Source of the DNA: Chloroflexota bacterium
Lineage (GTDB): Bacteria; Chloroflexota; Dehalococcoidia; UBA2247; RBG-13-53-26
Assembly: GCA_016875915.1 (NCBI GenBank)
Contig: VGOM01000001.1
Span: forward strand, 32,178-96,177
Direction of reading: 5' to 3'
Length of the DNA: 64,000 bases
The notes below the pieces were generated by a model. It saw only the letters and a program-made list of their open reading frames with translations, searched no databases and was not told the DNA's origin. The translations under genes were made by a program, and so were the position numbers. Positions 29,061 through 37,560 of the stretch are shown in pieces (positions within the stretch are counted from its first letter, which is position 1; the number at the start of each line of letters is the position of its first letter).

Positions 29061-29699
29061 TCACGAAAGAGAGCCAGTGACGGAGAAGCCGTGATCGGTC
29101 AGGAACTCCAGGGTCACGCCGCTGCGGCCCCCGGCCAGCTTCTCCACATACTTGGCCATGATATCCACTTCCAGATTGACCGTATCGCCAACTTGCCTGC
29201 CGCCCAGCGTGGTCTGCTTCAGTGTGTAGCCCACCAGAGAGACGCTGAGGGAAGTGCTGTCATGGCTGATCACGGTGAGACTGACCCCATCAACGGCGAT
29301 GAAGCCCTTCTCCACGACGTAGCGCAGCACCTCCGGCGGAGCGGCGAATCTGGCGATGACGGCCGGGCCCTCCGCCTTCAGCGTCATCACCCTTCCGGTG
29401 GCGTCCACATGTCCCTGGACGAAGTGACCGCCCAGACGGCCGCCCACCGACAGGGCCCGCTCCAGGTTGACCTTCGATCCGGGGCGGAGCAGTCCCAGGT
29501 TGGTGCGCCGCAGCGTCTCCGGCATGACATCAACGGAGAACGACGCGGGGTCCATGGCGCTCACCGTGAGGCAGGCTCCATTGACGGCGATGCTGTCGCC
29601 CAGTCCGGTCTTCTCAACGACCTTGGTGGCGGAAACGGCCAGGCTGCCCGGGCCCACTGCCCTGACCTTGCCGACTTCCTCGACGATACCGGTGAACAA
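29061..29699 (-). CDS. ribE: riboflavin synthase (alpha chain)
   Basis: MFTGIVEE N-terminus and duplicated lumazine-binding repeats ([12 protein letters not shown] / ..VDGVSLTV). Confidence 0.95.
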   Translation of the reverse strand: MFTGIVEEVGKVRAVGPGSLAVSATKVVEKTGLGDSIAVNGACLTVSAMDPASFSVDVMPETLRRTNLGLLRPGSKVNLERALSVGGRLGGHFVQGHVDATGRVMTLKAEGPAVIARFAAPPEVLRYVVEKGFIAVDGVSLTVISHDSTSLSVSLVGYTLKQTTLGGRQVGDTVNLEVDIMAKYVEKLAGGRSGVTLEFLTDHGFSVTGSLS

Positions 29700-29755
29700 A
29701 GCGCTCCTTCGACTCCTGTTCCTCAGTTGGACCGGCGCATCATGCGGGCTCCAGG

Positions 29756-30874
29756 CTACCGGGCGACGTAGCCGCTGATCAGCATATCGCTGCCCACGCC
29801 CTCCATCCGCGTGCGGATCAGGTGGGTGGCTTGAGCCAGCTTCTCAACACCCTTGCCTTCGACGGGGTTCTTGGCCTCCTCGCCGCCTATGATCATCGGG
29901 GCGATGAAGACCAGCACCTTGTCTATCAGGCTCTGCTCGAAGAGCGATCCGAAGACGACGGCGCCACCTTCGACCATGAGGCTGATGATCTGCCTTTCAC
30001 CGAGGACCTTCAGCAACACCTCCAGGTCGACCATCCTGCCCCTGGAGGGCAGCTCCAGCATCTCCGCGCCGGCGTCCTCCAGGGCCTTCTTCCTGGCGGG
30101 GTCCGCCTCCCTGGTGGTGGCGATCATGGTCTTTCCGGGCAGATTGAGCACCCGGGCGGACGGCGGAGTGCGGGCGGCGCTGTCCACCACCACGCGGAGG
30201 GGTTGCCTCTCCAGCTGGCCTCCGTCCAGACCGGCTCTGGCGGTCAGTTGGGGGTCGTCTCTGATGATGGTCTCCACGCCCACCATGATGGCGTCAATCT
30301 GGCTCCGCAACGTGTGCACATATCTCCGTGACTGTTCACCGCTGATCCATTTGGAGTCGCCGGTCTTGGTGGCGATCTTGCCATCCAGGCTCATGGCGAA
30401 CTTGCCCAGGACGAAGGGCAGGCCGGTGGAGATGAACTTGATATAGGCCTCATTGAGCTCCTGTGCCGCCTCCTCATGTTCGCCGACGACGGTCCGAATC
30501 CCGGCAGCTTCCAGTGCGGCCTTGCCGCGGCCGCAGACCCTGAGGTTGGGGTCGATGATGGACAGGTGGACCTCGGCAATGCCGGCGTCAATGATGGCGC
30601 TGGTGCATGGGGGGGTCCGGCCATGGTGGCAGCAAGGCTCCAGCGTGACGTACATGGTAGCACCCCGGGCCTTGTCCTCAGCCTGCCGCAGGGCCACTAT
30701 CTCGGCGTGGTGCGAGCCGGGGGGTTGGGTGTATCCCTCGCCGACGATGGTGTCATCCTTGACTATCACCGCTCCCACGGCGGGGTTGGGGCTGGCATGG
30801 ACCAGGGCCAGCCTGGCCAGCGACAGCGCACGCTGCATATAGTCAGTGCGTTTGGACGTGGCAACCTGTGACAT
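29756..30874 (-). CDS. ribD: bifunctional diaminohydroxyphosphoribosylaminopyrimidine deaminase / 5-amino-6-(5-phosphoribosylamino)uracil reductase
   Basis: CMP/dCMP deaminase zinc motifs (HAE ... PCCHHGRTPPC) plus the RibD C-terminal reductase domain. Confidence 0.95.
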   Translation of the reverse strand: MSQVATSKRTDYMQRALSLARLALVHASPNPAVGAVIVKDDTIVGEGYTQPPGSHHAEIVALRQAEDKARGATMYVTLEPCCHHGRTPPCTSAIIDAGIAEVHLSIIDPNLRVCGRGKAALEAAGIRTVVGEHEEAAQELNEAYIKFISTGLPFVLGKFAMSLDGKIATKTGDSKWISGEQSRRYVHTLRSQIDAIMVGVETIIRDDPQLTARAGLDGGQLERQPLRVVVDSAARTPPSARVLNLPGKTMIATTREADPARKKALEDAGAEMLELPSRGRMVDLEVLLKVLGERQIISLMVEGGAVVFGSLFEQSLIDKVLVFIAPMIIGGEEAKNPVEGKGVEKLAQATHLIRTRMEGVGSDMLISGYVAR

Positions 30875-30919
30875 TGGTGTTCAAGGGTGCGCCGGGGGCA
30901 ATCTCTCCGTCTTGCCGCC

Positions 30920-30949
30920 ATTCTATCACCTTGACAGCCGGCAGTTCAA
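30920..30949 (-). promoter_or_regulatory. candidate sigma70 promoter for the rib operon (TTGAAC - 18 nt - TAGAAT with upstream TG)
   Basis: On the minus strand, TTGAAC is at 30949-30944 and TAGAAT at 30925-30920. This would leave only about 40 nt of leader before the ribD ATG. Confidence 0.45.
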
Positions 30950-31075
30950 ACTGCCAAGGAGGAGTGTCGCATGGGTGAAGTTGCGGTGGGAGTCGGGGTC
31001 CGTTGTGTAGCCCCTTCGTAGGGCTCTGGGGAGTCGGCGTGGCTGTGTTTCCGATGCGGTGGCAGATGATGAACA

Positions 31076-31106
31076 AACCGCCCTGATCGCAGACACCGGG
31101 GCGGTT
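31076..31106 (-). terminator. stem-loop (AACCGCCC / GGGCGGTT, 8 bp) downstream of the large surface-protein gene
   Basis: The stem occupies 31076-31083 and 31099-31106. It is followed by TTTGTT on the minus strand and CGTTTTC on the plus strand. Confidence 0.4.
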
Positions 31107-31114
31107 CGTTTTCA

Positions 31115-31140
31115 TGCCGGAGAAGGGGGAGAGTCGAACT
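31115..31140 (-). other. tRNA 3'-end-like fragment (T-loop plus acceptor-like; not a functional tRNA)
   Basis: The minus strand reads AGTTCGACTCTCCCCCTTCTCCGGCA, which resembles GGTTCGAATCC...CTCTCCGCCA of tRNA-Ser-like 3' ends. The 5' T-stem and the rest of the cloverleaf are absent. Confidence 0.25.
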
Positions 31141-31164
31141 GGGCCTGAGACGTGGACTGGTTCT

Positions 31165-34100
31165 CTACTTGATGGCTGCCCAACTCCTGCCCAACAAGTA
31201 AGCCAAGATCCCGGCCACTGGCAATGCTCCGATACTGCCGACAAAGATCCAGACCCACAAGGGAATGCCTTGCGTGCCCTGTGCTTGGGGGCTGGCTGGG
31301 GCCACCAGGATTGCCCAGGTGCTGAGGTGGGTAGTGGAGGCAGTCAAGGTCACATCGGCCGTGTTGACGACGGTATTGAGGGGCTTCCACTGTTCGGCCT
31401 CTTCGTCCCAGTAGGCCAGGACTAGGTTCTCGGCATTCCCATCCGCTGCAGCGACATCTGCCTCCGAGTACTTGACCGTGATTGTCGTGGGCTGAGACAA
31501 GGTGACGATGTCGTTTCCATCTTCATCCATCGCCACTATGACGAAGCAGGTATCGCCTATCACGAATCCTTCAGGCGCGTCGGGAAGCTGGCAGCCCCGC
31601 TTGCTGTCGATGGTGACTACTGCTGTGCCGGCAACCGCGCCACCGGGAAAGTCCGTGGAGATCTGTCCGTCCGCAGTTTCCATCTTGCCCCCGCCTGGCG
31701 GCAGGATGGCAAGACAGTTCGGCTTGGTATCCTTATCCGTGTTGCCCACAGCATCGGTGAAGGTGAGGCTGACCGTGTACGTGCCCGGGTCCATATAGCG
31801 ATGCCACGGTTCGCGCTCTGTGGCGTCAGTGGTCCCATCATTGTCGAAGTCCCAGGCATAGGTCAGCGGTGAGGCTCCTCCTGTTGACAGGTTGCCGAAG
31901 AAGATCAGCATCACCCCCCCTGAGACCCTTACGGAAGTGACGTCGAATTGAGCCTGTGGCGGGGGTGGGGTAGTGAAGGAAGTCTCAGATGACCAGTCTG
32001 ACCAGACTCCCCGATTGTCCTGATACCGAACCTCCCAGTGGTAGCTGGTTGAGTACGCCAGCGCGCCCAGGGGGACATGGATCTCGGTCAGGTTGGTGGT
32101 GTCTATCCCACTGTCGAAGGCAGGGCTGGAATAGCCTCCGGTGGTTGACCTCATCTGCCATTGAGATGCGGCATGAGTGTCGGCGCTGTCCGGGTCGGAG
32201 AAGGCCGATGCGGTCAGTGTTGGCGCGAGGGTCACCCCTGTCGACGCGTTGGCGGGCGAGGCGTTGGTCGGCTGACTGGGCGGTCGGCTGAAGGTTGTGA
32301 AGGTCGTTTCATCGGAGTAGTCGGACCAATCTCCGTGATTGTCCTGGTGCCGTACCTGCCAGCGGTAGGTCGTTGAGTAGGCCAGCGCCCCTGAAGGGAT
32401 GTCAATGGCGCTGAGGTGCGCGCCGTCAATGCCACTGTCGAGGACGGGGCTGGAATAGTCTCCAGAGACGGACCTTATCTGCCATTGTGAGGCAGCGTGG
32501 GTATTGCCCTGATCCGGGTCGGAGAATACCGAGGACTGCAGTGTTGGCGTCAGAATGACAGCGGTTGCACCGTCAAGCGGTGACATATTGCTTGGCCTAC
32601 TCGGTGGGCGGTTGAGCGTAGTGAATGAGGTCTCTAGAGAGTAGCCAGACCAGTTGCCGTGACTGTCCTGATGCCGTACGCGCCAATAGTACGTGGTCGA
32701 GTAGTCCAGTGTTTCTGGGGGTATGGCAATGCCTGTGAGGTTCGCGGTGTCTCTCCCGCTGTCGAAGACCGAGATCGAGTAGTCGTTAGGAGTCAAGGTG
32801 ATCTGCCACCGGGAGGCGGAGTGCGTGTCACTGGGGTTCGGATCGTCGAAGGCCGAGGACTGCAGCATTGGCGCTGGGCTGACGCCGGTTGTCGCGTTGG
32901 CCGGCGAAGTATTGGCCGGGTTGTTGGGAGCAGCCCCTCCAGCGTAATGAAGGATGGCTCCATCGCTGCCCACGGCGAATACGTGATAACCCGAACTGCC
33001 CCAGACATCAGAAAGACCCCGGTTGGTGCTAGTGGTCATTGTGCTCCAGGTGGTGCCGTCGTAGTGCCAGATTCCGCCTTCCCCCAAGCCGAAGATATCG
33101 GTGTCGGAATTGACCCAGGCGCCAACGATCCCAGGCATACTGTCGCTGGGCATCTCGGTCCACGTGCTGCCATCGTAGTGCATGATGATGTCACGGTGTT
33201 CGGAGTAGTAGTACCCCGAAGCGAAGACGTCGGCAGGAGAAATGCCCCAGACAGTATCGAGCGCTACCCTGATGCCGCTAGCCATGGTGCTCCAGGCAGA
33301 CCCATCATAGTGCATGATGATTTCCGCATAGGGCACGCTCGAGCCCTCATAGTAGGCGATACCCACGGCGAAGACATCAGAGGAAGAGGTGCCCCAGACG
33401 GCCCTGAAGCCAGCCGTGATGCCTGTGTTCATCAGGCTCCATGTACTGCCATCGTAGTGGAGAATGCCGCCTTCAATCACGGGGCCATGGTTACCGGGGG
33501 CCACGGCAAAGATGTCCGTGGCCGAGCTTCCCCAGATACCCAGGAGTGGACCCAGGGACGGGTCCGTAATGTCGCTAGCCACCTCGACCCAGGACTCACC
33601 GTCATAATGAAGGATGATGGGGTTGGCATCGCCCTCAACTACGGTTCCACCAACGGCATACACATCGCTTGGAGAGCTGCCCCAGACATCCCAAAGATAC
33701 TCCGATGTGCCACTGTCCATGGGGCTCCAGGCGCTCCCATCGTAGTGAACGATCGTGCCCTCATCAAAAGGGAAGTAGTGACCGCCCACGGCAAACACGT
33801 CAGCGGCAGAACTCCCCCAGACTCCAGAGAGATTGTTCGATGTCGCGACGCTGCTCATGGGGCTCCATTCACTGCCGTCGTAGTGCCAGATATTGCCGGC
33901 ATATCCGACGGCGAACACATCGGTGGCGGAACTGCCCCAGATGTCGCTGAACTCATCGTCCGTGTACATGGTGCCCCAAGCCGAACCGTCGTACCGCATG
34001 ATTGCGCCTTCGACAACCTCGGATCCACCCCCGGGTCCGTCCCAACGGCCCCCCACTGCGAAGAGGTGGCTCGCGGAAGCGCCCCAGATGCCATTGAAGA

Positions 34101-34893
34101 GGTGCTGTACCTCACTGCGCACGAGGATCCATTGAGCGCCATCGTAGTGCAGGACCACGCCATCCCCCTCGACTGGGCCTGGGCTCACTTTACCACCAAC
34201 GGCGTAGACATCGCTGGGAGACCCGCCCCAGACTCCTTTGAGAGTATTCGTCACACCAGCATCCATCACGGACCAGGCGCTGCCGTCATAGTGCATGACA
34301 ATACCGGCACCTCCCACAGCGAATACCTCCGTGGGAGATGTACCCCAGACGCCTTGAAGGTGCTTTGCGGTGGGGGTGGTCATCTGGCTCCAATCGCTGC
34401 CATCGTAGTGCAGGACGATACCTTCCCCTTCGTACAGGGACCCTCCCACAGCGAAGACATCGCTGGGTGAGCTGCTCCAGACTCCCCAGAGTTGCTCCGT
34501 GGTACCGCTGCTCATGGGACTCCATTCACCTCCATCATATTGCAGGATGGTGCCATTCTCTCCTACAGCGAACACTTCATTGGGAGAGTTGCCCCAGACA
34601 TCCCAGAGGTCATCCGTAGTGCCGCTGGTAGCGGGACTCCATTCGCTGCCATCGTAATGAAGGATGGTGCCGTACTCCCCCACTGCAAAGACGTTGGATG
34701 AAGACGTGCCCCAAACGCCATTGAGGGACTGTCCCTGCGGCAAGGGGTTCTGCCACTTCCAGCCGTCCGCGCCCGTGAAAGGCTCAACAGACGCACCAAG
34801 GCTCGCGCTGCCTGCAACCAGTGGGCAAATGGTTGAGGCCGCAAGTGATGTGAGGACGATGACGATGAGTGAGCGCTTCAGCATATGGCACAT
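31165..34893 (-). CDS. large secreted/surface-anchored repeat protein: signal peptide, 14 beta-propeller blade repeats, 3 FN3-like repeats, PKD domain, C-terminal TM anchor
   Basis: 1242-aa ORF. It has a hydrophobic N-terminus (LIVIVLTSLAAS), 14 units of the pattern G[VI]WG.S..DVFAVG..G.I.HYDGS.WS, three units of about 105 aa ending Y.W.VR.QD..G.WS..S.E.SFTT, a PKD motif WDFDNDGTTD, and a C-terminal helix IPLWVWIFVGSIGALPVAGILAYLL followed by basic residues. Confidence 0.88.
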   Translation of the reverse strand: MCHMLKRSLIVIVLTSLAASTICPLVAGSASLGASVEPFTGADGWKWQNPLPQGQSLNGVWGTSSSNVFAVGEYGTILHYDGSEWSPATSGTTDDLWDVWGNSPNEVFAVGENGTILQYDGGEWSPMSSGTTEQLWGVWSSSPSDVFAVGGSLYEGEGIVLHYDGSDWSQMTTPTAKHLQGVWGTSPTEVFAVGGAGIVMHYDGSAWSVMDAGVTNTLKGVWGGSPSDVYAVGGKVSPGPVEGDGVVLHYDGAQWILVRSEVQHLFNGIWGASASHLFAVGGRWDGPGGGSEVVEGAIMRYDGSAWGTMYTDDEFSDIWGSSATDVFAVGYAGNIWHYDGSEWSPMSSVATSNNLSGVWGSSAADVFAVGGHYFPFDEGTIVHYDGSAWSPMDSGTSEYLWDVWGSSPSDVYAVGGTVVEGDANPIILHYDGESWVEVASDITDPSLGPLLGIWGSSATDIFAVAPGNHGPVIEGGILHYDGSTWSLMNTGITAGFRAVWGTSSSDVFAVGIAYYEGSSVPYAEIIMHYDGSAWSTMASGIRVALDTVWGISPADVFASGYYYSEHRDIIMHYDGSTWTEMPSDSMPGIVGAWVNSDTDIFGLGEGGIWHYDGTTWSTMTTSTNRGLSDVWGSSGYHVFAVGSDGAILHYAGGAAPNNPANTSPANATTGVSPAPMLQSSAFDDPNPSDTHSASRWQITLTPNDYSISVFDSGRDTANLTGIAIPPETLDYSTTYYWRVRHQDSHGNWSGYSLETSFTTLNRPPSRPSNMSPLDGATAVILTPTLQSSVFSDPDQGNTHAASQWQIRSVSGDYSSPVLDSGIDGAHLSAIDIPSGALAYSTTYRWQVRHQDNHGDWSDYSDETTFTTFSRPPSQPTNASPANASTGVTLAPTLTASAFSDPDSADTHAASQWQMRSTTGGYSSPAFDSGIDTTNLTEIHVPLGALAYSTSYHWEVRYQDNRGVWSDWSSETSFTTPPPPQAQFDVTSVRVSGGVMLIFFGNLSTGGASPLTYAWDFDNDGTTDATEREPWHRYMDPGTYTVSLTFTDAVGNTDKDTKPNCLAILPPGGGKMETADGQISTDFPGGAVAGTAVVTIDSKRGCQLPDAPEGFVIGDTCFVIVAMDEDGNDIVTLSQPTTITVKYSEADVAAADGNAENLVLAYWDEEAEQWKPLNTVVNTADVTLTASTTHLSTWAILVAPASPQAQGTQGIPLWVWIFVGSIGALPVAGILAYLLGRSWAAIK
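31702..31959 (-). other. PKD domain coding segment
   Basis: aa about 979-1064: PLTYAWDFDNDGTTD ... GTYTVSLTFTDAVGN. Confidence 0.7.
31969..32922 (-). repeat. three tandem ~105-aa FN3-like coding repeats
   Basis: aa about 658-975. Shared features are SP.(N/D).(A/T)T.V.L.P.L..S.F.DPD...TH.AS.WQ... and ...YSTTY.W.VR.QD..G.WS. Confidence 0.7.
32941..34725 (-). repeat. 14 tandem ~40-50-aa propeller-blade coding repeats (two predicted 7-bladed propellers, Ycf48/BNR-like)
   Basis: I counted the blades in the translation (aa about 57-651). Every unit keeps WG...(D/N)(V/I)(F/Y)AVG and HYDG..W. Confidence 0.75.
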
Positions 34894-34955
34894 ATCATCG
34901 CACCCCTTGCCGGACCGGCCTGCAGATATGGTGCCCTACGTTAGTCACCTCAGAC

Positions 34956-34964
34956 ATTATCACA
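34956..34964 (-). promoter_or_regulatory. extended -10 element (TGTGATAAT) upstream of the surface-protein gene
   Basis: Read on the minus strand about 60 nt upstream of the ATG at 34893. The -35 (TTGCAC) has a sub-optimal 15-nt spacer. Confidence 0.3.
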
Positions 34965-35008
34965 AGCTGTCTAGTTGTGCAAATGGTGGGCGTGAGCTTG
35001 TTCTGGTG

Positions 35009-35076
35009 CTGCTGGACGGCGGAAGGCGCTGGAGCACAGTGACAGCGCTGAGTGACATCCGCAGAACGTCCAGCAG
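35009..35076 (-). terminator. long compound hairpin (10-bp outer stem CTGCTGGACG/CGTCCAGCAG, inner 6-bp stem GCGCTG/CAGCGC) just downstream of the nuclease cassette
   Basis: Outer arms lie at 35009-35018 and 35067-35076, inner arms at 35026-35031 and 35043-35048. It starts 12 nt after the stop at 35088. There is no U-tract. Confidence 0.4.
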
Positions 35077-35087
35077 ATCGTCAATAG

Positions 35088-35651
35088 CTAGGTCACCTCC
35101 GACTTGGGGAGATCATGGAGTGATACAAGAAGACAAGATAGGTCCGGCAGAGGCTGAAAAGAGACGGCCAGTTCGTCCTCGGAATAGCCCGACCGCAGGT
35201 CGTTGGTCACGGCTTCCTCAAGTTGTTGGAGTTCGCCGGCGGTGATAGGGGACCAATCGGGGTGTGATACCCAGATTCGATGATATCCGGCTACTTGGAA
35301 GTCGTCCAAGGGATGATTGTGGAGGTCAGCCAGGTCCAGGGTCCGCAGCCCGGCATCGACAAGGATCCGAGCGAAGGCTTTGCCACACAAGTCGAGGGTG
35401 AACGCATAGCGCGCATCCGGGGCCAGGGACGGGTTGTACCTCTGCATTCGAAGCGAGAAGTCGGAGGGCTGTCCGTCAACAATGGCATAGGCTACGATGG
35501 CTTGGACCACACGAATGGTGCCCTCCAGCAGCAGCTTGGGCTTGTCCAGCAGACCCAGGCGCCACATATGTTGGCGAAAGAGAGCATAGTCGTCAGCACG
35601 GGCTGCAGCCCGAAATTGCCGTTCCCACAGGTTGAGTGCGTGGCTCACCAT
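35088..35651 (-). CDS. hypothetical protein (cassette gene 4, no recognisable motif)
   Basis: 187 aa from the ATG at 35651, which overlaps the stop of the upstream gene (ATGGTGA). The longer ORF to 35714 would overlap by 70 nt. Confidence 0.6.
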   Translation of the reverse strand: MVSHALNLWERQFRAAARADDYALFRQHMWRLGLLDKPKLLLEGTIRVVQAIVAYAIVDGQPSDFSLRMQRYNPSLAPDARYAFTLDLCGKAFARILVDAGLRTLDLADLHNHPLDDFQVAGYHRIWVSHPDWSPITAGELQQLEEAVTNDLRSGYSEDELAVSFQPLPDLSCLLVSLHDLPKSEVT

Positions 35652-36412
35652 GTGGCGCCTCCGCATGGCGGGGATGTGGGGCAGGGCCAGACTTCGACGT
35701 GGCTGGTGATCCACATGCCGGTGAAGGTATCGGGAGGCACAGTCCGCTTGAGGTGTTCCGCCAGCAGCTGCCGGAACAGCGTACGCACCGGCTCGACATT
35801 GGCACCAGGAGCCAGATGTGAGTTGTCAAGAAGGAGCACCATGCCGCACCGGGCAAAGGGCCGGGGATAATGGCCGGGCTGCGGACTCAAGGCAGCGGCA
35901 ACCTTCTTCACCGCCTGGACTGCGACAAGCGCCGCCTGCGAGATTGACCTGGCTCGCCTGGGATTGCCGAGGTCTCGATAGAGCTTGATTTCGATGACGG
36001 TGTCGAGAAACGGAAGACAAAGGGTGGGCAGAGCCCTGATAAAGACACCGAAGTCCTGTGAACGAACCGCTTCCAGCGATATCCCAGTAGTCGATGAGGC
36101 GTTCAAGACCACAACGTCGAAGTGCCCTCTCCTCCCGCTGCGGTCTGCCGGCCCCAGAACCTTAAACGAGCTCTCCTTCATGCCGCAACGGAAGGGTGTG
36201 GGATACTCTCCGTGAACGGCCGACGTGGGCGTACCGCCAGAGACAGTAACGGTGGACTCACCAAGCTGAGCCAGACCTGTGTCAATGTCCTTGATCAGCC
36301 GCCACCTGATGTCTTCCTCGCTGAAATACCGTGCCGGAGATGTCAGGAAGTCCTCAGTCAGGCGAGCGACAGCGGCATTGACGATGTCAGCAATACTCAC
36401 GGCACTCTGCAT
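35645..36412 (-). CDS. hypothetical protein with PD-(D/E)xK-like nuclease motif (cassette gene 3)
   Basis: 255 aa. Candidate catalytic constellation E69 (HGEYP) ... D99 (GHFDVVVL) ... E141-x-K143 (VIEIKL). Its start overlaps the upstream gene by 26 nt. Confidence 0.65.
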   Translation of the reverse strand: MQSAVSIADIVNAAVARLTEDFLTSPARYFSEEDIRWRLIKDIDTGLAQLGESTVTVSGGTPTSAVHGEYPTPFRCGMKESSFKVLGPADRSGRRGHFDVVVLNASSTTGISLEAVRSQDFGVFIRALPTLCLPFLDTVIEIKLYRDLGNPRRARSISQAALVAVQAVKKVAAALSPQPGHYPRPFARCGMVLLLDNSHLAPGANVEPVRTLFRQLLAEHLKRTVPPDTFTGMWITSHVEVWPCPTSPPCGGATW

Positions 36413-37373
36413 CTTCTCTCGCCCTCCTGCCCATCCGCTTCTTCAGCTGGTCCAGTGTCAGCATGCAATCGGTATGCATGCCATATCCAGCGAAGTGGGC
36501 TACAAAGAAGCGCAAGTCGAAGGGCGAAGCACGACTCTCGAAACCCCGCATCCTCCGGTCCTCCAGGATCTCGGTCAGCACTCCGCTGCGTGGATTGAGA
36601 TTCGCGAGCACAAGGATCACCTCCAGTCTTTCCTTGAGCTCGATCTTGGTCACTCTCGCACTGCGCCTGAATTTGAGCAAGCCGAGTTCGTCAAGTTGAC
36701 GGAACTGATCCTCGGCGGCCTTCCTCAACTGGCGACACTTGTCCTCGTCGCGAGCTAGTCTCTCCATGTCATGCAAGTGCTCCAACACCCCAGACTCGCC
36801 TTTGAGGGCATCATCGCCATATTTCATCTCGATCAGCGCTGCTTGGCAACCTCTTCCGTGTTTGCGGGCGTCGGCTGGCCAGCGCAGCGCTAGCATGTCA
36901 AACCGGGCGCCAATGGAAGGGTCCGCCACTTCGATATCCGTGACGAAATACTCAGTTGCCACTGAGATGGTGGAGCAGTTGTTCTCCCGCGCTGCCAACT
37001 GCTGGAATTCACGCTCCGGCTTGCGTTTCGTTTGGAAGTGAGTGTCCATGATTTGCTTGAGTCGAGGAAAGGCATCAACCCAGCGTTGCGCATCTTTCCT
37101 CGTAACAATCTTGCCTGGCGGTCTGGGAAGAAGCCGTGGGGATTCAGCGTATTTCTTGTCAAAGAACGCTTCATAGGAACGAATTGAGTCGGTGGCAGGT
37201 CCTGTGATTCTCATGAGGTTGCCGCCCCTGTAGTAGACATTGACGTAGGTCCCCCGAAGAGCCAGCAGTAGAGTGTCATCCATTCTGACTCTCTCGAGCA
37301 CCGGCATCAGCGATCCGCTCATGAGATCGCTCATGAAATCTTTGGGCAGTTCTCTCGAGATCCCCGTTGTCAC
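36387..37373 (-). CDS. hypothetical protein with PD-(D/E)xK / RecB-like nuclease motif (cassette gene 2)
   Basis: 328 aa. GTG start 4 nt after an AAAGGAGG SD. Candidate motifs are E120/E122 (EREFQQ), D159 (ARFDMLAL) and E182-x-K184 (LIEMKYG). The C-terminal third is helical and basic. Confidence 0.7.
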   Translation of the reverse strand: MTTGISRELPKDFMSDLMSGSLMPVLERVRMDDTLLLALRGTYVNVYYRGGNLMRITGPATDSIRSYEAFFDKKYAESPRLLPRPPGKIVTRKDAQRWVDAFPRLKQIMDTHFQTKRKPEREFQQLAARENNCSTISVATEYFVTDIEVADPSIGARFDMLALRWPADARKHGRGCQAALIEMKYGDDALKGESGVLEHLHDMERLARDEDKCRQLRKAAEDQFRQLDELGLLKFRRSARVTKIELKERLEVILVLANLNPRSGVLTEILEDRRMRGFESRASPFDLRFFVAHFAGYGMHTDCMLTLDQLKKRMGRRAREDAECREYC

Positions 37374-37560
37374 CCAACCTCCTTTGTTGTGTGCATCTAC
37401 GCTCTCTCGATAGGGTGAGTACCTATGAACTGCTCCGGGCCGGCCATCCAGGCAGGCCCTGGGCTCGGCACTTCCGCAATCAGGCTAGCTGATAGCCGTC
37501 GACGATGAGGCTGTCCGGTCATGTCCCTGTGCTATCTCTTCAGTCCTTCCTGGGGCTCCG

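Noticed and set aside
30875-31075. Expected FMN riboswitch in the ribD leader.
   Set aside because: None of the conserved RFN segments could be found on either strand. It is reported as an absence finding rather than a feature.
31115-31140. Functional tRNA gene on the minus strand.
   Set aside because: Only a T-loop/acceptor-like 3' portion is present. The 5' T-stem arm (CCCAG) does not pair with CTCCC, and no anticodon or D arms can be drawn upstream. I keep it only as a possible att relic.
32659-34470. 603-aa plus-strand ORF antisense to the propeller-repeat region.
   Set aside because: Its periodicity merely mirrors the minus-strand blade repeats. It has no start context, and its composition is Gly/Pro/Ala/His/Arg-biased.
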